A stretch of 63,937 nt of DNA, filler included, from Candidatus Woesearchaeota archaeon (GCA_003695265.1; 8 parts of 8 records of this genome joined end to end with filler, not necessarily neighbours in it), one strand, 5' to 3'. Counted from the whole stretch's first letter, positions 19,048-28,896 are shown. Numbers and translations: made by a program. Notes: generated by a model not told the origin, from the letters alone.

Positions 19048-20169
19048 TTATGCGCTTTTGAAAGAAAGAGTTTCATCCAAAGCCATTAGCGCTGGCAACG
19101 GGTCTTTTGGGTCAAAAAAAACTAGGACATCAACATCACCCATATCTTCAGGCGAACAATCACCGTTTGCCAAGCATTTGAGCCAACGATTCTCCATTAA
19201 CCACCTAGCACCTATTTTATGTTTTTTCCCAGCCAAAGATGATATGTCATTTCCGGTTAAGTCATAATATATGATTGCCGGCAGGTTAAGCCCTGCAACA
19301 GTGTCAAGCATGTTGTTGGCGCTTGTCCTAAAATTAACCTCTAAGAAATAATATTTTCCTGTTTCTGCGTGCTGTTTCAAGTTTATGTCCAAAGCGCCTT
19401 TAAACCCGAGCATTTCAGTAATTCTCAAGGAAGGCACTAAAAGCTCGTCTTCCCATATTGTTTCGACTAAAGCTCCCAAAGAGCCTGGAACTGAGTTTTT
19501 TACTGCGTAAAGCTTTCTTAACATTCCTGCTATTAATGGGCCTTGTGTTGATAAGTAAGTGTGAACCTCAACATTAGACCTGACTCCTCCTGGAATGTAC
19601 TGCTGGAGAACCATCTCGCCATACTTTTCTAAGAGTTGCTGTCTTATCCGCTCGAATTCTTCTGCGCTCTGAAAAACGTAGAAGTCGCTTTTGCTTGTGC
19701 CGAGACTGTTAACAGGCTTGGCCAAGACTGGAAAATCAATTCTTCTTTCTTCGCTTAAATATTGTGATTGTGGAACAAGAAATCCGGCTTTTCTGCCTAA
19801 GTTTATTAGATTCTGTTTTTTTATCAGGTCGCATAATCTTTCTCTTGCCAAAGGAACATGATAATAAGGCTCCAATTCCTCTGCATGATGCTGGCAAAAC
19901 ACTACGTAATTGTCTCCAGTGGCAAACAAAACGCCTTTTTCATCCTGAGTTTTTCCGAATTCGACCAGCTTTTCCAATAAGCCTTCTTCACTCTCAGCAA
20001 AATGCGCTTCTTCCAAGTATTTTGAGTAAGCAGCATGGGGAAACCTGCCTTGCTGGTGAAACCCTACAACAGGAATCCCTTCATAACCAAGGCTTCTTAC
20101 TACGCCGAGCGCGTTTGCGCCGTACAGCCCTAAAACAACTGCTTTTGATTTCATTTTATAATGTCGCAT
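19048..20169 (-). CDS. ATP-grasp carboxylate-amine ligase (D-aspartate-ligase-like family)
   Basis: NALGVVRSLG, FPVLAKP, VLQQYIPG and YYFLEVNFR motifs. Confidence 0.85.
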   Translation of the reverse strand: MRHYKMKSKAVVLGLYGANALGVVRSLGYEGIPVVGFHQQGRFPHAAYSKYLEEAHFAESEEGLLEKLVEFGKTQDEKGVLFATGDNYVVFCQHHAEELEPYYHVPLARERLCDLIKKQNLINLGRKAGFLVPQSQYLSEERRIDFPVLAKPVNSLGTSKSDFYVFQSAEEFERIRQQLLEKYGEMVLQQYIPGGVRSNVEVHTYLSTQGPLIAGMLRKLYAVKNSVPGSLGALVETIWEDELLVPSLRITEMLGFKGALDINLKQHAETGKYYFLEVNFRTSANNMLDTVAGLNLPAIIYYDLTGNDISSLAGKKHKIGARWLMENRWLKCLANGDCSPEDMGDVDVLVFFDPKDPLPALMALDETLSFKSA

Positions 20170-20810
20170 GCTTTGTTACAGCCACAGAAGTGAGGGTAAA
20201 AGTTTCCCTTGATTGTTTGTGTGTGCAGCTTGTACGCTTCCCCATACTTTGCTCCTATCATTGAGCCTCTCAGCCTTCCCTTGTGCTCTATGTAATCAAA
20301 ATAGTAATTTCCAAAGCTTTTTCCTTCTACTTGGGTTTTGTGCGCTTCTAAAGCCCTGAATTTTATGCTGTGCTCCTCTGTAACGTCAAGGATTATGTCA
20401 GGGTAAGTTATCATCGCAGACGTTTCAAGCTCTAAAATTTTCTTTGTCAGCCAGCCGTTTTTTCCGTGGCTAGCGAATTCCAAGGCATTTAAGGATATTT
20501 GAAAAACAGCCTTGTGATCAGGATGGTAATCATTCGCCTGGAGTACTGCAATGTCTGGCTTGAAGTCCCTTATTGTCTCAATAAGGTTTTTGTGAAGCTT
20601 CTGCGCTTGCTTAATCTCAAACTCTGGAATTCCTAAAACAACGCCTCTCGCGCCTATTATGTCGCAACTTTTCTTAAACTCCGCTGCCCTTTTCTTGTTT
20701 CCTGTAAAGCATATAACAAAATTTCTGCCGCCTTCTAAGAAGTTCTTGTGCAGTAGGCCTGCGCAATTAACCTCATCATCAGGATGAGCAACAAAAGCTA
20801 TTATGTTCAT
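20151..20810 (-). CDS. PIG-L family N-deacetylase (BshB1/MshB-like)
   Basis: AHPDDE and DYHPDH metal motifs; K.RALEAHKTQ; YGEAY. Confidence 0.88.
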   Translation of the reverse strand: MNIIAFVAHPDDEVNCAGLLHKNFLEGGRNFVICFTGNKKRAAEFKKSCDIIGARGVVLGIPEFEIKQAQKLHKNLIETIRDFKPDIAVLQANDYHPDHKAVFQISLNALEFASHGKNGWLTKKILELETSAMITYPDIILDVTEEHSIKFRALEAHKTQVEGKSFGNYYFDYIEHKGRLRGSMIGAKYGEAYKLHTQTIKGNFYPHFCGCNKACDIIK

Positions 20811-20811
20811 T

Positions 20812-22032
20812 TTATTCTGCCCTATTTTGTTTTTTTAAGAGAGAGTAATACAAGTCTTCATACATTGAGCAAACTTTTGCCCTGTCAAACCTTTGCCTGG
20901 CAATTCTTTTGCCTTCTTCTCCCATTTCGCGCATTTTCTCTGGATTCTGCGCTAGGACAAGCATATAATGAGCAAATGCTGCTATATCTTTGGGGTCAGC
21001 AAGGTATCCTGAAACGCCGCTTTCCACAACCTCAGGAATTCCGCCCCTGTTTGATGCTATCACAGCATTTCCCAAATGCATTGCTTCCAGGCTTACCAAT
21101 CCGAAAGACTCCTTAAGAGAGGGAAGCACAAGAACATTGCCGACCTGGTGATAATCAGCAACTCTCTCATGAGGGACCATTCCTGTAAAAATGACTTGTT
21201 CTTTTAGCCCGTACTTTTTTGCTTTTGTCTCAGCTACATGCTTTTCAGGCCCATCTCCCACAAAAAGCAGCCTTGTTCCTTTCATGCCGCGCTCAACCGC
21301 ATTATTGTACGCGTCAACAATCGTTCCAACGTTCTTGACAGGCCTGAAATTTGATACATGGTAGAATACAAGTTCATCCAACCCTATTCCAAGCCTTTCA
21401 CGCAATTCCTTGTTGATATGGTCATCTTCAGGCCTTTGAAAGTTTTCTTCATTAATGAAATTTGGTATCACAACGCCGTAATCATCAAGGTCGAACACAG
21501 CTCTTGCCTCATCCTGAAGGCTCTTTGAAACAAAGGTTATGCCGTCAGCCTGAGATAGCCTCAGCTCAAGACCTGGAACCATGACAGGCCTGTAGCCGTT
21601 CACGCTCACGTCTGTGCCTACGTTTGAGATAATAGCGACAGGGTTTCTTTTCTGTCCTGTAAGTTTTCCGCGCTTCATATCCCTGCGGAGAATGTCTCGT
21701 GCGTCAATAACAGCTTCGCCGTGAGTAACGCCGTAATGCGCATGAAGGACGTCAATGCTTAAGTCGTTAGCAAGCATTCTTATAGTTCCTGGAAATGTTA
21801 GGGCTGTCGGCGGTGTTTTAAAAGATCCGTAGGTTATGTCTGGTATTGGATGTATTTTGAGGAGTTTTTCTTCCTCTTTAGAAAGGTATGTTCCTGGATA
21901 GCTTACTATATGGACGTCATGACCCCTTCTAGCAAGCTCTAAAGCTAATTCAGTGCCCATAATTCCGCTTCCTCCAATGTGCGGCCTTGCGTACAGCACT
22001 TTTACTATTGTTAATGGCTCGTTTTTTTCCAT
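20812..22032 (-). CDS. GT4 glycosyltransferase, BshA (GlcNAc-malate synthase)-like
   Basis: GGSGIMGTELA, FKTPP, HAHY, GTDV, PNFI, HVSNFRPVKN and LPSLKESFGLVSLEAM match BshA-specific motifs. Confidence 0.85.
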   Translation of the reverse strand: MEKNEPLTIVKVLYARPHIGGSGIMGTELALELARRGHDVHIVSYPGTYLSKEEEKLLKIHPIPDITYGSFKTPPTALTFPGTIRMLANDLSIDVLHAHYGVTHGEAVIDARDILRRDMKRGKLTGQKRNPVAIISNVGTDVSVNGYRPVMVPGLELRLSQADGITFVSKSLQDEARAVFDLDDYGVVIPNFINEENFQRPEDDHINKELRERLGIGLDELVFYHVSNFRPVKNVGTIVDAYNNAVERGMKGTRLLFVGDGPEKHVAETKAKKYGLKEQVIFTGMVPHERVADYHQVGNVLVLPSLKESFGLVSLEAMHLGNAVIASNRGGIPEVVESGVSGYLADPKDIAAFAHYMLVLAQNPEKMREMGEEGKRIARQRFDRAKVCSMYEDLYYSLLKKQNRAE

Positions 22033-22075
22033 AAAAAAACACCAAAGATATAAGCAACCATAAGGTAATCAAAGG

Positions 22076-22124
22076 AAATATTTAAATATTTTAAAGAATA
22101 TTTTTTTTAAAAAAGTACTTTTTT
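22076..22124. promoter_or_regulatory. Divergent promoter region with two perfect 16-bp palindromes
   Basis: AAATATTTAAATATTT (22076-22091, contains a TATA-like box) and AAAAAAGTACTTTTTT (22109-22124), between the bshA-like gene and the Lrp-like gene. Confidence 0.45.
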
Positions 22125-22151
22125 GTCTAATTATTACTTTTATACAAAAAA

Positions 22152-23102
22152 ATGAAAAGAAAAATTAGAAAATTATTATTTGAGCTATCCAATAATTGCA
22201 GGATTTCGACAAAACAGCTTGGCAAAAAGATAAATTCCAGCCAGCAATCAGCATCTTACCTTGTCAGGCAGTTGGAAAAAAAGAGAAAAATAAAGTATTA
22301 TACTTTAGTGGATCCTGTGAAATTAGGTTATGTAAATATAATTGTTGGGTTTGATTATCTGAATTTTGAAAGAGAGGCTAAAAAACAAGTAATAGATAAA
22401 CTGTTGGCAACTGAGCAGGTGATAAGGGTTGAGGAGGCAACACAAGGAGTCGACCTTGTCGTCGAGTACTGCGCAAGCAATTTGTCATCATTCAATAAGA
22501 CGCACTCAGACATAATTTACAAATTCAGGAAGATCCTGCAAACAAAATTCATTCTCACAGTCATTGTAAAACATATTTACGCAAAAAATTATTTGGTGAA
22601 CGGAAGGAATGACACCGACCTTATAATATGCGGGGACAGGGAAACTAGAAAGCTGTCAGAGAACGATATGAAAGTATTAAGGGAATTAATAGCAAACCCT
22701 GTCGAGACTTTCAGCTCAATGTCCAAAAATACAAAGGTTTCTGTGAAGTCAATAATCAAATCAAAAAAGCGCCTTGAAAAATTTTCTGTTATAAGGGGCT
22801 ACAGCTGCTTCATTGACGAACCCAAGTTTGGGATACGTCGCTACTTCATATTCTTAAACCTTGCAGGCTACGGTGTTGAGGAGATTCGAAAGCTGCAGGA
22901 ATTTGCCTTGACTAATAAGAACATTGTTGAAATGGTAAAGACAATAGGCAATTATCAAATAATGCTTATAGTGGAAGAATTAAATAAAACAGAGTTGATA
23001 AAAGAGTTGAGATCGCAGTTCCCTGTAGAAAAATACTTTGTGGTTGAGGTTGACAAGATTCACCTTTTAAGGTATTTCCCATTAGAAGCAATTAATATAT
23101 AG
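22152..23102 (+). CDS. Lrp/AsnC-family regulator with duplicated HTH+RAM architecture
   Basis: Two Lrp-like halves (ELSNNCRIS...DPVKLGY; DMKVLREL...KRLEK...IGNYQIML). Confidence 0.8.
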   Translation: MKRKIRKLLFELSNNCRISTKQLGKKINSSQQSASYLVRQLEKKRKIKYYTLVDPVKLGYVNIIVGFDYLNFEREAKKQVIDKLLATEQVIRVEEATQGVDLVVEYCASNLSSFNKTHSDIIYKFRKILQTKFILTVIVKHIYAKNYLVNGRNDTDLIICGDRETRKLSENDMKVLRELIANPVETFSSMSKNTKVSVKSIIKSKKRLEKFSVIRGYSCFIDEPKFGIRRYFIFLNLAGYGVEEIRKLQEFALTNKNIVEMVKTIGNYQIMLIVEELNKTELIKELRSQFPVEKYFVVEVDKIHLLRYFPLEAINI

Positions 23103-23174
23103 CTCGAATAATATATTAAGAAACCTAAAAATTCTTATAAATGATTTAATCCTAAAAAGTTTTTAAAAGTTGGG

Positions 23175-23597
23175 GTGGTTCACATGAAAAAAGACTTAGC
23201 GCCGTTCTTCCTGCGCATTGGCCTTGGCATTTGGCTTGTTGTCCTTAGCTTAAAGTTTCTTTTCAAGGCAAAGGTGATTGCCCTTGCAGCAAACATTGTT
23301 GCAGAAATGGGCGTTCCTTTAGGAGTGTCAAGAATATTGATGATAATAGCGTCATGGGTTGGTGTCGTTCTGGGAATAATGTTTTTGCTAGGCTTCTTGA
23401 CAAGGATTGCGGCCGTGCTTCTGGGCTTGGCAATGCTTTTCAGCATATTCGTTCTGAACTGGTTTCTGCCAGCAGCGCTTATGGGGCCGTGGGGCGGCTT
23501 TGTCCTGAAAGACATTGTCATCCTTGGTGCGAGCCTGAGCATGCTTTTCACAGGAGCTGGCTGGCTGAGCCTTGACGAGCTGCTGAAAAGCGTTTAA
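23175..23597 (+). CDS. DoxX-family membrane protein
   Basis: FLRIGLG, LGFLTRIAA, LKDIVILG and GAGWLSLD motifs. Confidence 0.85.
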   Translation: MVHMKKDLAPFFLRIGLGIWLVVLSLKFLFKAKVIALAANIVAEMGVPLGVSRILMIIASWVGVVLGIMFLLGFLTRIAAVLLGLAMLFSIFVLNWFLPAALMGPWGGFVLKDIVILGASLSMLFTGAGWLSLDELLKSV

Positions 23598-23651
23598 GAC
23601 GAAAAAAACAGTAATCTTTATATATTAGTTATTATTAAAAAGTAACAACAT

Positions 23652-24145
23652 ATGGCTCTCTCAAATAAACTTTCAAGTAAACTCAGGCTGTTTTTTGCGT
23701 TTGTTCTAGTGTTGGGATTATTCACTGTTATTGCGCCGAAAGCAGAATCATTAGGCAGAAGCGAGTACACGCCTTGCTGGGAGGGCAGGACAAGGCTGAG
23801 CATGCCTTATGAGCATACTCCTTTTTGGAGCGGCCGAGTCAGGGTTTTAATGCCTCCAGAGTATTATCCAAGAACAGACCCTGTTTTTCTTCTGCCGAGA
23901 GGGCCAGAATATATTCCACAGGTTGACCCAAAATTCACTTTAGAGGACATTCAAAGAAGAAGGGGAGCTGTAAAGTGCTATGAATGCGGCTATGAAGACG
24001 AATATTACAGGAAAGGATATTTTTATGATGACGTTTATCCGCATAGGTTTTACATTGTCAACACGAAAAACGACAGCAGGGTCGGCCACGGCTATTTTGT
24101 GAGCCCATCCAGAGTTCTGAACAACAGGAACCTTATCCACAGCTA
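23652..24145 (+). CDS. Secreted hypothetical protein with four 16-aa repeats, 3' truncated
   Basis: Signal peptide; EYTPCWEGRTRLSMPY / EHTPFWSGRVRVLMPP / EYYPRTDPVFLLPRGP / EYIPQVDPKFTLEDIQ. Confidence 0.6.
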
Positions 24146-24245
24146 NNNNNNNNNNNNNNNNNNNNNNNNNNNNNNNNNNNNNNNNNNNNTTAATTAATTA
24201 ANNNNNNNNNNNNNNNNNNNNNNNNNNNNNNNNNNNNNNNNNNNN
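24146..24245. other. Artificial contig spacer
   Basis: N-run with TTAATTAATTAA. Confidence 0.98.
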
Positions 24246-24288
24246 ATCAATAATAATACAAACAAAATACAATAATTTGTGTTACAGA

Positions 24289-24435
24289 ATGGCAGAAAAG
24301 ATTCACATCTTAAACGTCCGGTTGCCGCAGGAGATTATTGACTGGATAGACTCACTTCTTGAAAAAGGATTTTACAACAGCAGGTCAGAGCTAATCAGAG
24401 ATGTGATTAGAGATTACCTAAAAGAAAGAAAATGA
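24289..24435 (+). CDS. Ribbon-helix-helix DNA-binding protein (48 aa, missing from the ORF track)
   Basis: MAEKIHILNVRLPQEIIDWIDSLLEKGFYNSRSELIRDVIRDYLKERK; its TGA overlaps the next ATG (ATGA). Confidence 0.85.
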   Translation: MAEKIHILNVRLPQEIIDWIDSLLEKGFYNSRSELIRDVIRDYLKERK

Positions 24436-24701
24436 GCAATTCATTAGTGTCTATAAGGATTCCGTACTCACTTTTTCAGGAGTTGAAAGAAGCTGCGAAA
24501 AAAGACCATTTCTTAGATGTCAGCGAAGCTGTAAGAAGTATTGTCCGCAAAAAATGGCTTGAGGAAAAGGATCCTCAACTGTTTGAATTGAGAAAACTTA
24601 GAAAAGAAATATCCTCAAAGCTCAAAGAAAAAAGCCATGATCAGCTAGTGGAAGAGCTGCGCCGCATAAGAGACAGCATAATAAAAGATGAAACTGAATA
24701 G
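24432..24701 (+). CDS. Ribbon-helix-helix protein with helical C-terminal extension
   Basis: LVSIRIP...ELK...DVSEAVRSIVR. Confidence 0.78.
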   Translation: MSNSLVSIRIPYSLFQELKEAAKKDHFLDVSEAVRSIVRKKWLEEKDPQLFELRKLRKEISSKLKEKSHDQLVEELRRIRDSIIKDETE

Positions 24702-27700
24702 AACAATCCAGAGAATAGCAGTCTTGGTTTTGCTAGCTGCAATGCTATCGGCACTAGTGTATGGATTGGAAGACAGGAAAATAAGCATAAAACTGAACTA
24801 CAAGTCAGGCTCAGAGTGGGATCCTGATGATAATGGTGTTGAAACATTAAGGGGCGCTGTTGACCTTGACATTTCAAAAACAGAATTTAATTGGAATGCT
24901 GACATGGATAAAGTCTGCACGTGGTGGGTTATCAGCACAAAAACGCAGGAAACTAGTTTTTGCAACGGAGCTGAGAAATGCTGCGCATTATTAGACCTAA
25001 AACCGATGTACCCAAACTGGGACAAGACAGTTTATGTGGCCTATGGCAAGAGAGGAGCATCTTACAATAACACTGTTTTTGCACAGGTAATATACCTCGA
25101 TGAAAATCTGGAGCAGGGAAACACTTATTTTGACAGCGTAGCTTCTGAATGGGATTCTATTAAAGTAAATTTCAAGCAGGAAAATGGGGAAAAAAGAGGC
25201 TCACCTGAGAATCTTGGCTATTTTGAGCAGGTTAGTGGAGAAATTGGAAAGCCTGTAAAATGGAAAAGGTTAGTAAGCGTTGATAAACCAACAGAAATAG
25301 GAATGATGCTCAAAGCCAAGAACATCCAGGTGAAGAAGATTGAAAACAATAAGGAGCTGCATGTCCAACCAGACATAAATATAGGCAATGAGGGAGCTAA
25401 GCTTGTTTTAGAAAAAGGCATGTACGAGATTGAGTTTGAGACAGACGCCCCAAAAAAAGAGGAAGTTGTTTTGAAAAACAACAAGAAGGAATGGAAGAAG
25501 AAAGTCACAATATTTAGTGACAGCGCCTTTGAGGGTGAATTCGAGTACAAGAACATTTACAGCTATGCTGATATCAAGGAAAGCAAAAAAGACAATATAA
25601 GGCTTATATGGAAAAAGAATGGGATTAGGTATGATGTAACTCATGATCCTGAGCTAAATGTTAAGTATTATGACACGAACAACAACGGCCTGATTGACAG
25701 GATAAGCTGGATAACTCCGCACCTGTCAACACAAGAATTTGAAATCATAATAAACATTGATGGCAACGGAAACAATGACCATATTGAGGTATCATTGTCA
25801 AGCCCAACGGGTCAGGAATTAATAATTGGTGATATAATAGAGTTCGACTTCAGCGTTTTGTACAACAGCAGCTTAGGAGCATTATGCAACGTGACAGTGG
25901 ATGATTCAATAATAGCACCTTACATAAATGTAAGTCTAGGAGACCAGACAAACATTAACAACACTTTTGATTCTGGCTTGCATCACTGGCATGTCACCTG
26001 CTTTGACAACATAAGTGATATTGCAAGCAGCGCAACAGAATATTTTATTACAGACTCTGATGAGCCTGTTGTTGAGTTGAACACAGAAAATGGCATAGTT
26101 AGTTCTGGATCATTGTACCTTAACTTCACAGCGCGTGATAATTATGACCTTATAATGAAATGCAACCTAAGCATTAATGGGGAAGTCCACACAAGCAACA
26201 TTAATGCTATAAATGATACTATGTTTTCGCTCCCCGTTAATGGTTTGGAAGATGGAATGTATGAGTGGCAAGTTGGCTGCAGCGATGATTCAGGAAATAT
26301 TGGAACTAGCGAAACAAGAAGATTTGAGATAAGAAGGGAAGAGGAGAACTTCAGCGTTGACCTTCTAAGAGACAAGTATAACTTAGGAGAGGAAAGCTTT
26401 TTCATAATCTACGCGCCGGACAACGCAAACCTCACAATATTTATTGAAACTCCGGAAGAGTTGATAATAAGGGATTATGAGAACAGGAATTATCCGAGCG
26501 AAGAGCTTATTGACTTCATCCAGAAGCCGGGCGTGTACAATATTGACTTAGTCCTTTTTTATGATAATTACACGAGGCGCATCAACAAGAGCTTTACAGT
26601 GGAAAACACCTTGTTTGCGGAGATTGAGGCTAATGAAACAACAGTAAAAAAAGGAAAACCAGTGTACCTGAGCTCAAAAGCCGGCGGCGGGATTGGAAGC
26701 CTGACAAGCACGTGGGACTTTGGAGACGGAAAAACAGCAAAAGGGTGGTCTGTGGCGCATGAATACAAAAACTTAGGGACTTATCTGGTTAAGCTTACAG
26801 TAAACGACTCCTACAACAACCAAGCAACTGATACTATGATTGTCCATGTTAGGGAAGAAAGAAAACTCACGGTCACTGTTAAGGACAATAAGACAGACAA
26901 ACCTATAAGTGGGGCAGAGGTTTTCCTCGACTCAGACAGAGAAATAACAAATGAGTCAGGAAAGGTTGTTTTCCATAAGTGGAAAGATGAGTACACTCTC
27001 AAAGTGCAGGCAAACGATTACATAGGGTATATAGACAAGTATGATTTAAGCAACGACGCTTCTATTTTTATAAGACTAGATAAGATAGATAGTGATCCAC
27101 CCTCCATAAGCTTAATAAGCCCAAAACAAGGGGAAAGCGTAAACAGCAAAGAAGCCGAGTTCAGGTTCAAAATTAAAGATGATTCATCTACGAGCTGCAG
27201 CGTTTACGTAAGAAAAGAAAATGATAAGTGGAAGTATATAGGATCTAAATCAGACATAAGAGGTGATGAAGAGCAAACAATTCAATCTTCAGAGCTGGAA
27301 GAAGGCAAATATGAGTGGAATCTGAGCTGCACTGATTCAAGGCACAACACAGCATCCCTTATTGAGACATTTGTTGCAAGAAACAATGTAATTAGTGGAG
27401 AGGAAGGCAGTTACTCAAATGCAGAATATTTAGAAAACTCAATGTATGATGAAGGGAAATACAAAGAGGTTGTTGACAAGATTGATGAATATCTTGAGAG
27501 TGTGAGAGAATACAACAGCAATGAGAAAGATGTCGGAGAGGTTTTGGGGATTGAGGAAAATATGAGAAAGACAAGAAGAGTTCTTCAGCAAGTAATAAGA
27601 GACCTTGCAAACCTAAAAATCAATAAAAGGAATTTAAGCAAGGATGAGATGGATGAGTTGGCTGCTAATTACACAAAAAGAGCTGAGAATGCCATTAACA

Positions 27701-28761
27701 GCACAGTTGTAAAGATGAGCGTTTTAGGAAGTGATAACTTCATCAAGTATACAAAAAATTCAGACGTTGAGAAGATAATTATGATTATTTTAAGATCGCA
27801 GAATGTTTCTCTTGATAAGAAGCAGAGAGACAGGTATGTTTCAGATATAAAGAGCATTCAGGAGAATACTACAGTCACTGTGAAAGTTGATTTCGTGGAG
27901 ATTGAATACCTTGACGGAAGAAAAGAGTACAGAACACTGATAAGAAATACTGTGACAAGCTCAGACATAAAAAACAAGAAATTTGTTGAAAACATTCCAA
28001 AAGACATTATTGAGAACGCTGACGAGATAATTTTCATGACTCCCGCAACAGTCATAAAGAAAGATCCTATAATAAGCTTCAGCCTTGATGAGTCTGGAGA
28101 AATAGCGTATTATGTCAAGAAGAAAATAAACCCAGAAGAGGCAAAGAAAATAGAATCAGTACTGGTTTCTGAGAAAGGGTTTCCAAAAGAAAGTATGAAG
28201 CACGTAACAGGATTCTTTATTTTTGACATGCTATCTGATATTGATAACCCTGGGCTGGTGATCCAGATAGCAGTGATAGTATTCCTGATTATCATTTTTA
28301 TATTGTACCAGTTTGAGGTTTTTGATAAGGTTATGAGCATAAAGGTGTTCAGAAAGCTTATCAAAAAAATAAGTTCTGTTCTGCCTTTCAAAAACAAGAA
28401 GCTTAGCGAGATTGAGGAGATGATAAAAGGAAGCTACGCATCTTTAGACATAGGGCAGATAGAAGAGGCAGAAGAGACATATCCCAAAATAATGGAGCTG
28501 TTCAACAGCCTTGATAAAAATGAGCAGAGTAAGATTTACGATGAGACTGTTCTTCTTTATAATGAGATCATTCATGACAAGATTTTCAAGCTTATCAGGG
28601 ATATTGATCATTCGCTTGATGTTGATGACAAGGAGAAAGCAGCAGAGCTGTACAAGGAATTGGAGAAATTCTACAAAGAGTTAAAGCCGGATTACAAGCA
28701 GAAAGTCGCAGAAGAGTGTCATAATATATTTATGAAAGTAAAGCAGGCTTTAACATTATAA
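24688..28761 (+). CDS. Large membrane-anchored surface protein (Ig-like repeats, PKD, carboxypeptidase-regulatory-like domain, TM, cytoplasmic helical repeats)
   Basis: Signal peptide; WDFGDG (PKD); Y.W.V.C.D Ig repeats; TGFFI followed by a TM helix; C-terminal AEETY/AAELY repeats. Confidence 0.82.
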   Translation: MKLNRTIQRIAVLVLLAAMLSALVYGLEDRKISIKLNYKSGSEWDPDDNGVETLRGAVDLDISKTEFNWNADMDKVCTWWVISTKTQETSFCNGAEKCCALLDLKPMYPNWDKTVYVAYGKRGASYNNTVFAQVIYLDENLEQGNTYFDSVASEWDSIKVNFKQENGEKRGSPENLGYFEQVSGEIGKPVKWKRLVSVDKPTEIGMMLKAKNIQVKKIENNKELHVQPDINIGNEGAKLVLEKGMYEIEFETDAPKKEEVVLKNNKKEWKKKVTIFSDSAFEGEFEYKNIYSYADIKESKKDNIRLIWKKNGIRYDVTHDPELNVKYYDTNNNGLIDRISWITPHLSTQEFEIIINIDGNGNNDHIEVSLSSPTGQELIIGDIIEFDFSVLYNSSLGALCNVTVDDSIIAPYINVSLGDQTNINNTFDSGLHHWHVTCFDNISDIASSATEYFITDSDEPVVELNTENGIVSSGSLYLNFTARDNYDLIMKCNLSINGEVHTSNINAINDTMFSLPVNGLEDGMYEWQVGCSDDSGNIGTSETRRFEIRREEENFSVDLLRDKYNLGEESFFIIYAPDNANLTIFIETPEELIIRDYENRNYPSEELIDFIQKPGVYNIDLVLFYDNYTRRINKSFTVENTLFAEIEANETTVKKGKPVYLSSKAGGGIGSLTSTWDFGDGKTAKGWSVAHEYKNLGTYLVKLTVNDSYNNQATDTMIVHVREERKLTVTVKDNKTDKPISGAEVFLDSDREITNESGKVVFHKWKDEYTLKVQANDYIGYIDKYDLSNDASIFIRLDKIDSDPPSISLISPKQGESVNSKEAEFRFKIKDDSSTSCSVYVRKENDKWKYIGSKSDIRGDEEQTIQSSELEEGKYEWNLSCTDSRHNTASLIETFVARNNVISGEEGSYSNAEYLENSMYDEGKYKEVVDKIDEYLESVREYNSNEKDVGEVLGIEENMRKTRRVLQQVIRDLANLKINKRNLSKDEMDELAANYTKRAENAINSTVVKMSVLGSDNFIKYTKNSDVEKIIMIILRSQNVSLDKKQRDRYVSDIKSIQENTTVTVKVDFVEIEYLDGRKEYRTLIRNTVTSSDIKNKKFVENIPKDIIENADEIIFMTPATVIKKDPIISFSLDESGEIAYYVKKKINPEEAKKIESVLVSEKGFPKESMKHVTGFFIFDMLSDIDNPGLVIQIAVIVFLIIIFILYQFEVFDKVMSIKVFRKLIKKISSVLPFKNKKLSEIEEMIKGSYASLDIGQIEEAEETYPKIMELFNSLDKNEQSKIYDETVLLYNEIIHDKIFKLIRDIDHSLDVDDKEKAAELYKELEKFYKELKPDYKQKVAEECHNIFMKVKQALTL

Positions 28762-28796
28762 TAATTTACATAATAAGTAATAATTTTACATAATAG

Positions 28797-28896
28797 NNNN
28801 NNNNNNNNNNNNNNNNNNNNNNNNNNNNNNNNNNNNNNNNTTAATTAATTAANNNNNNNNNNNNNNNNNNNNNNNNNNNNNNNNNNNNNNNNNNNN
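28797..28896. other. Artificial contig spacer
   Basis: N-run with TTAATTAATTAA. Confidence 0.98.

Noticed and set aside
24289..24701. Toxin-antitoxin pair
   Set aside because: Both proteins look RHH-like; no PIN, RelE or other toxin motif.
28760..28796. Short direct repeat ATAATTT(T)ACATAATA after the giant surface gene
   Set aside because: Two AT-rich copies at a contig end; not enough to interpret.
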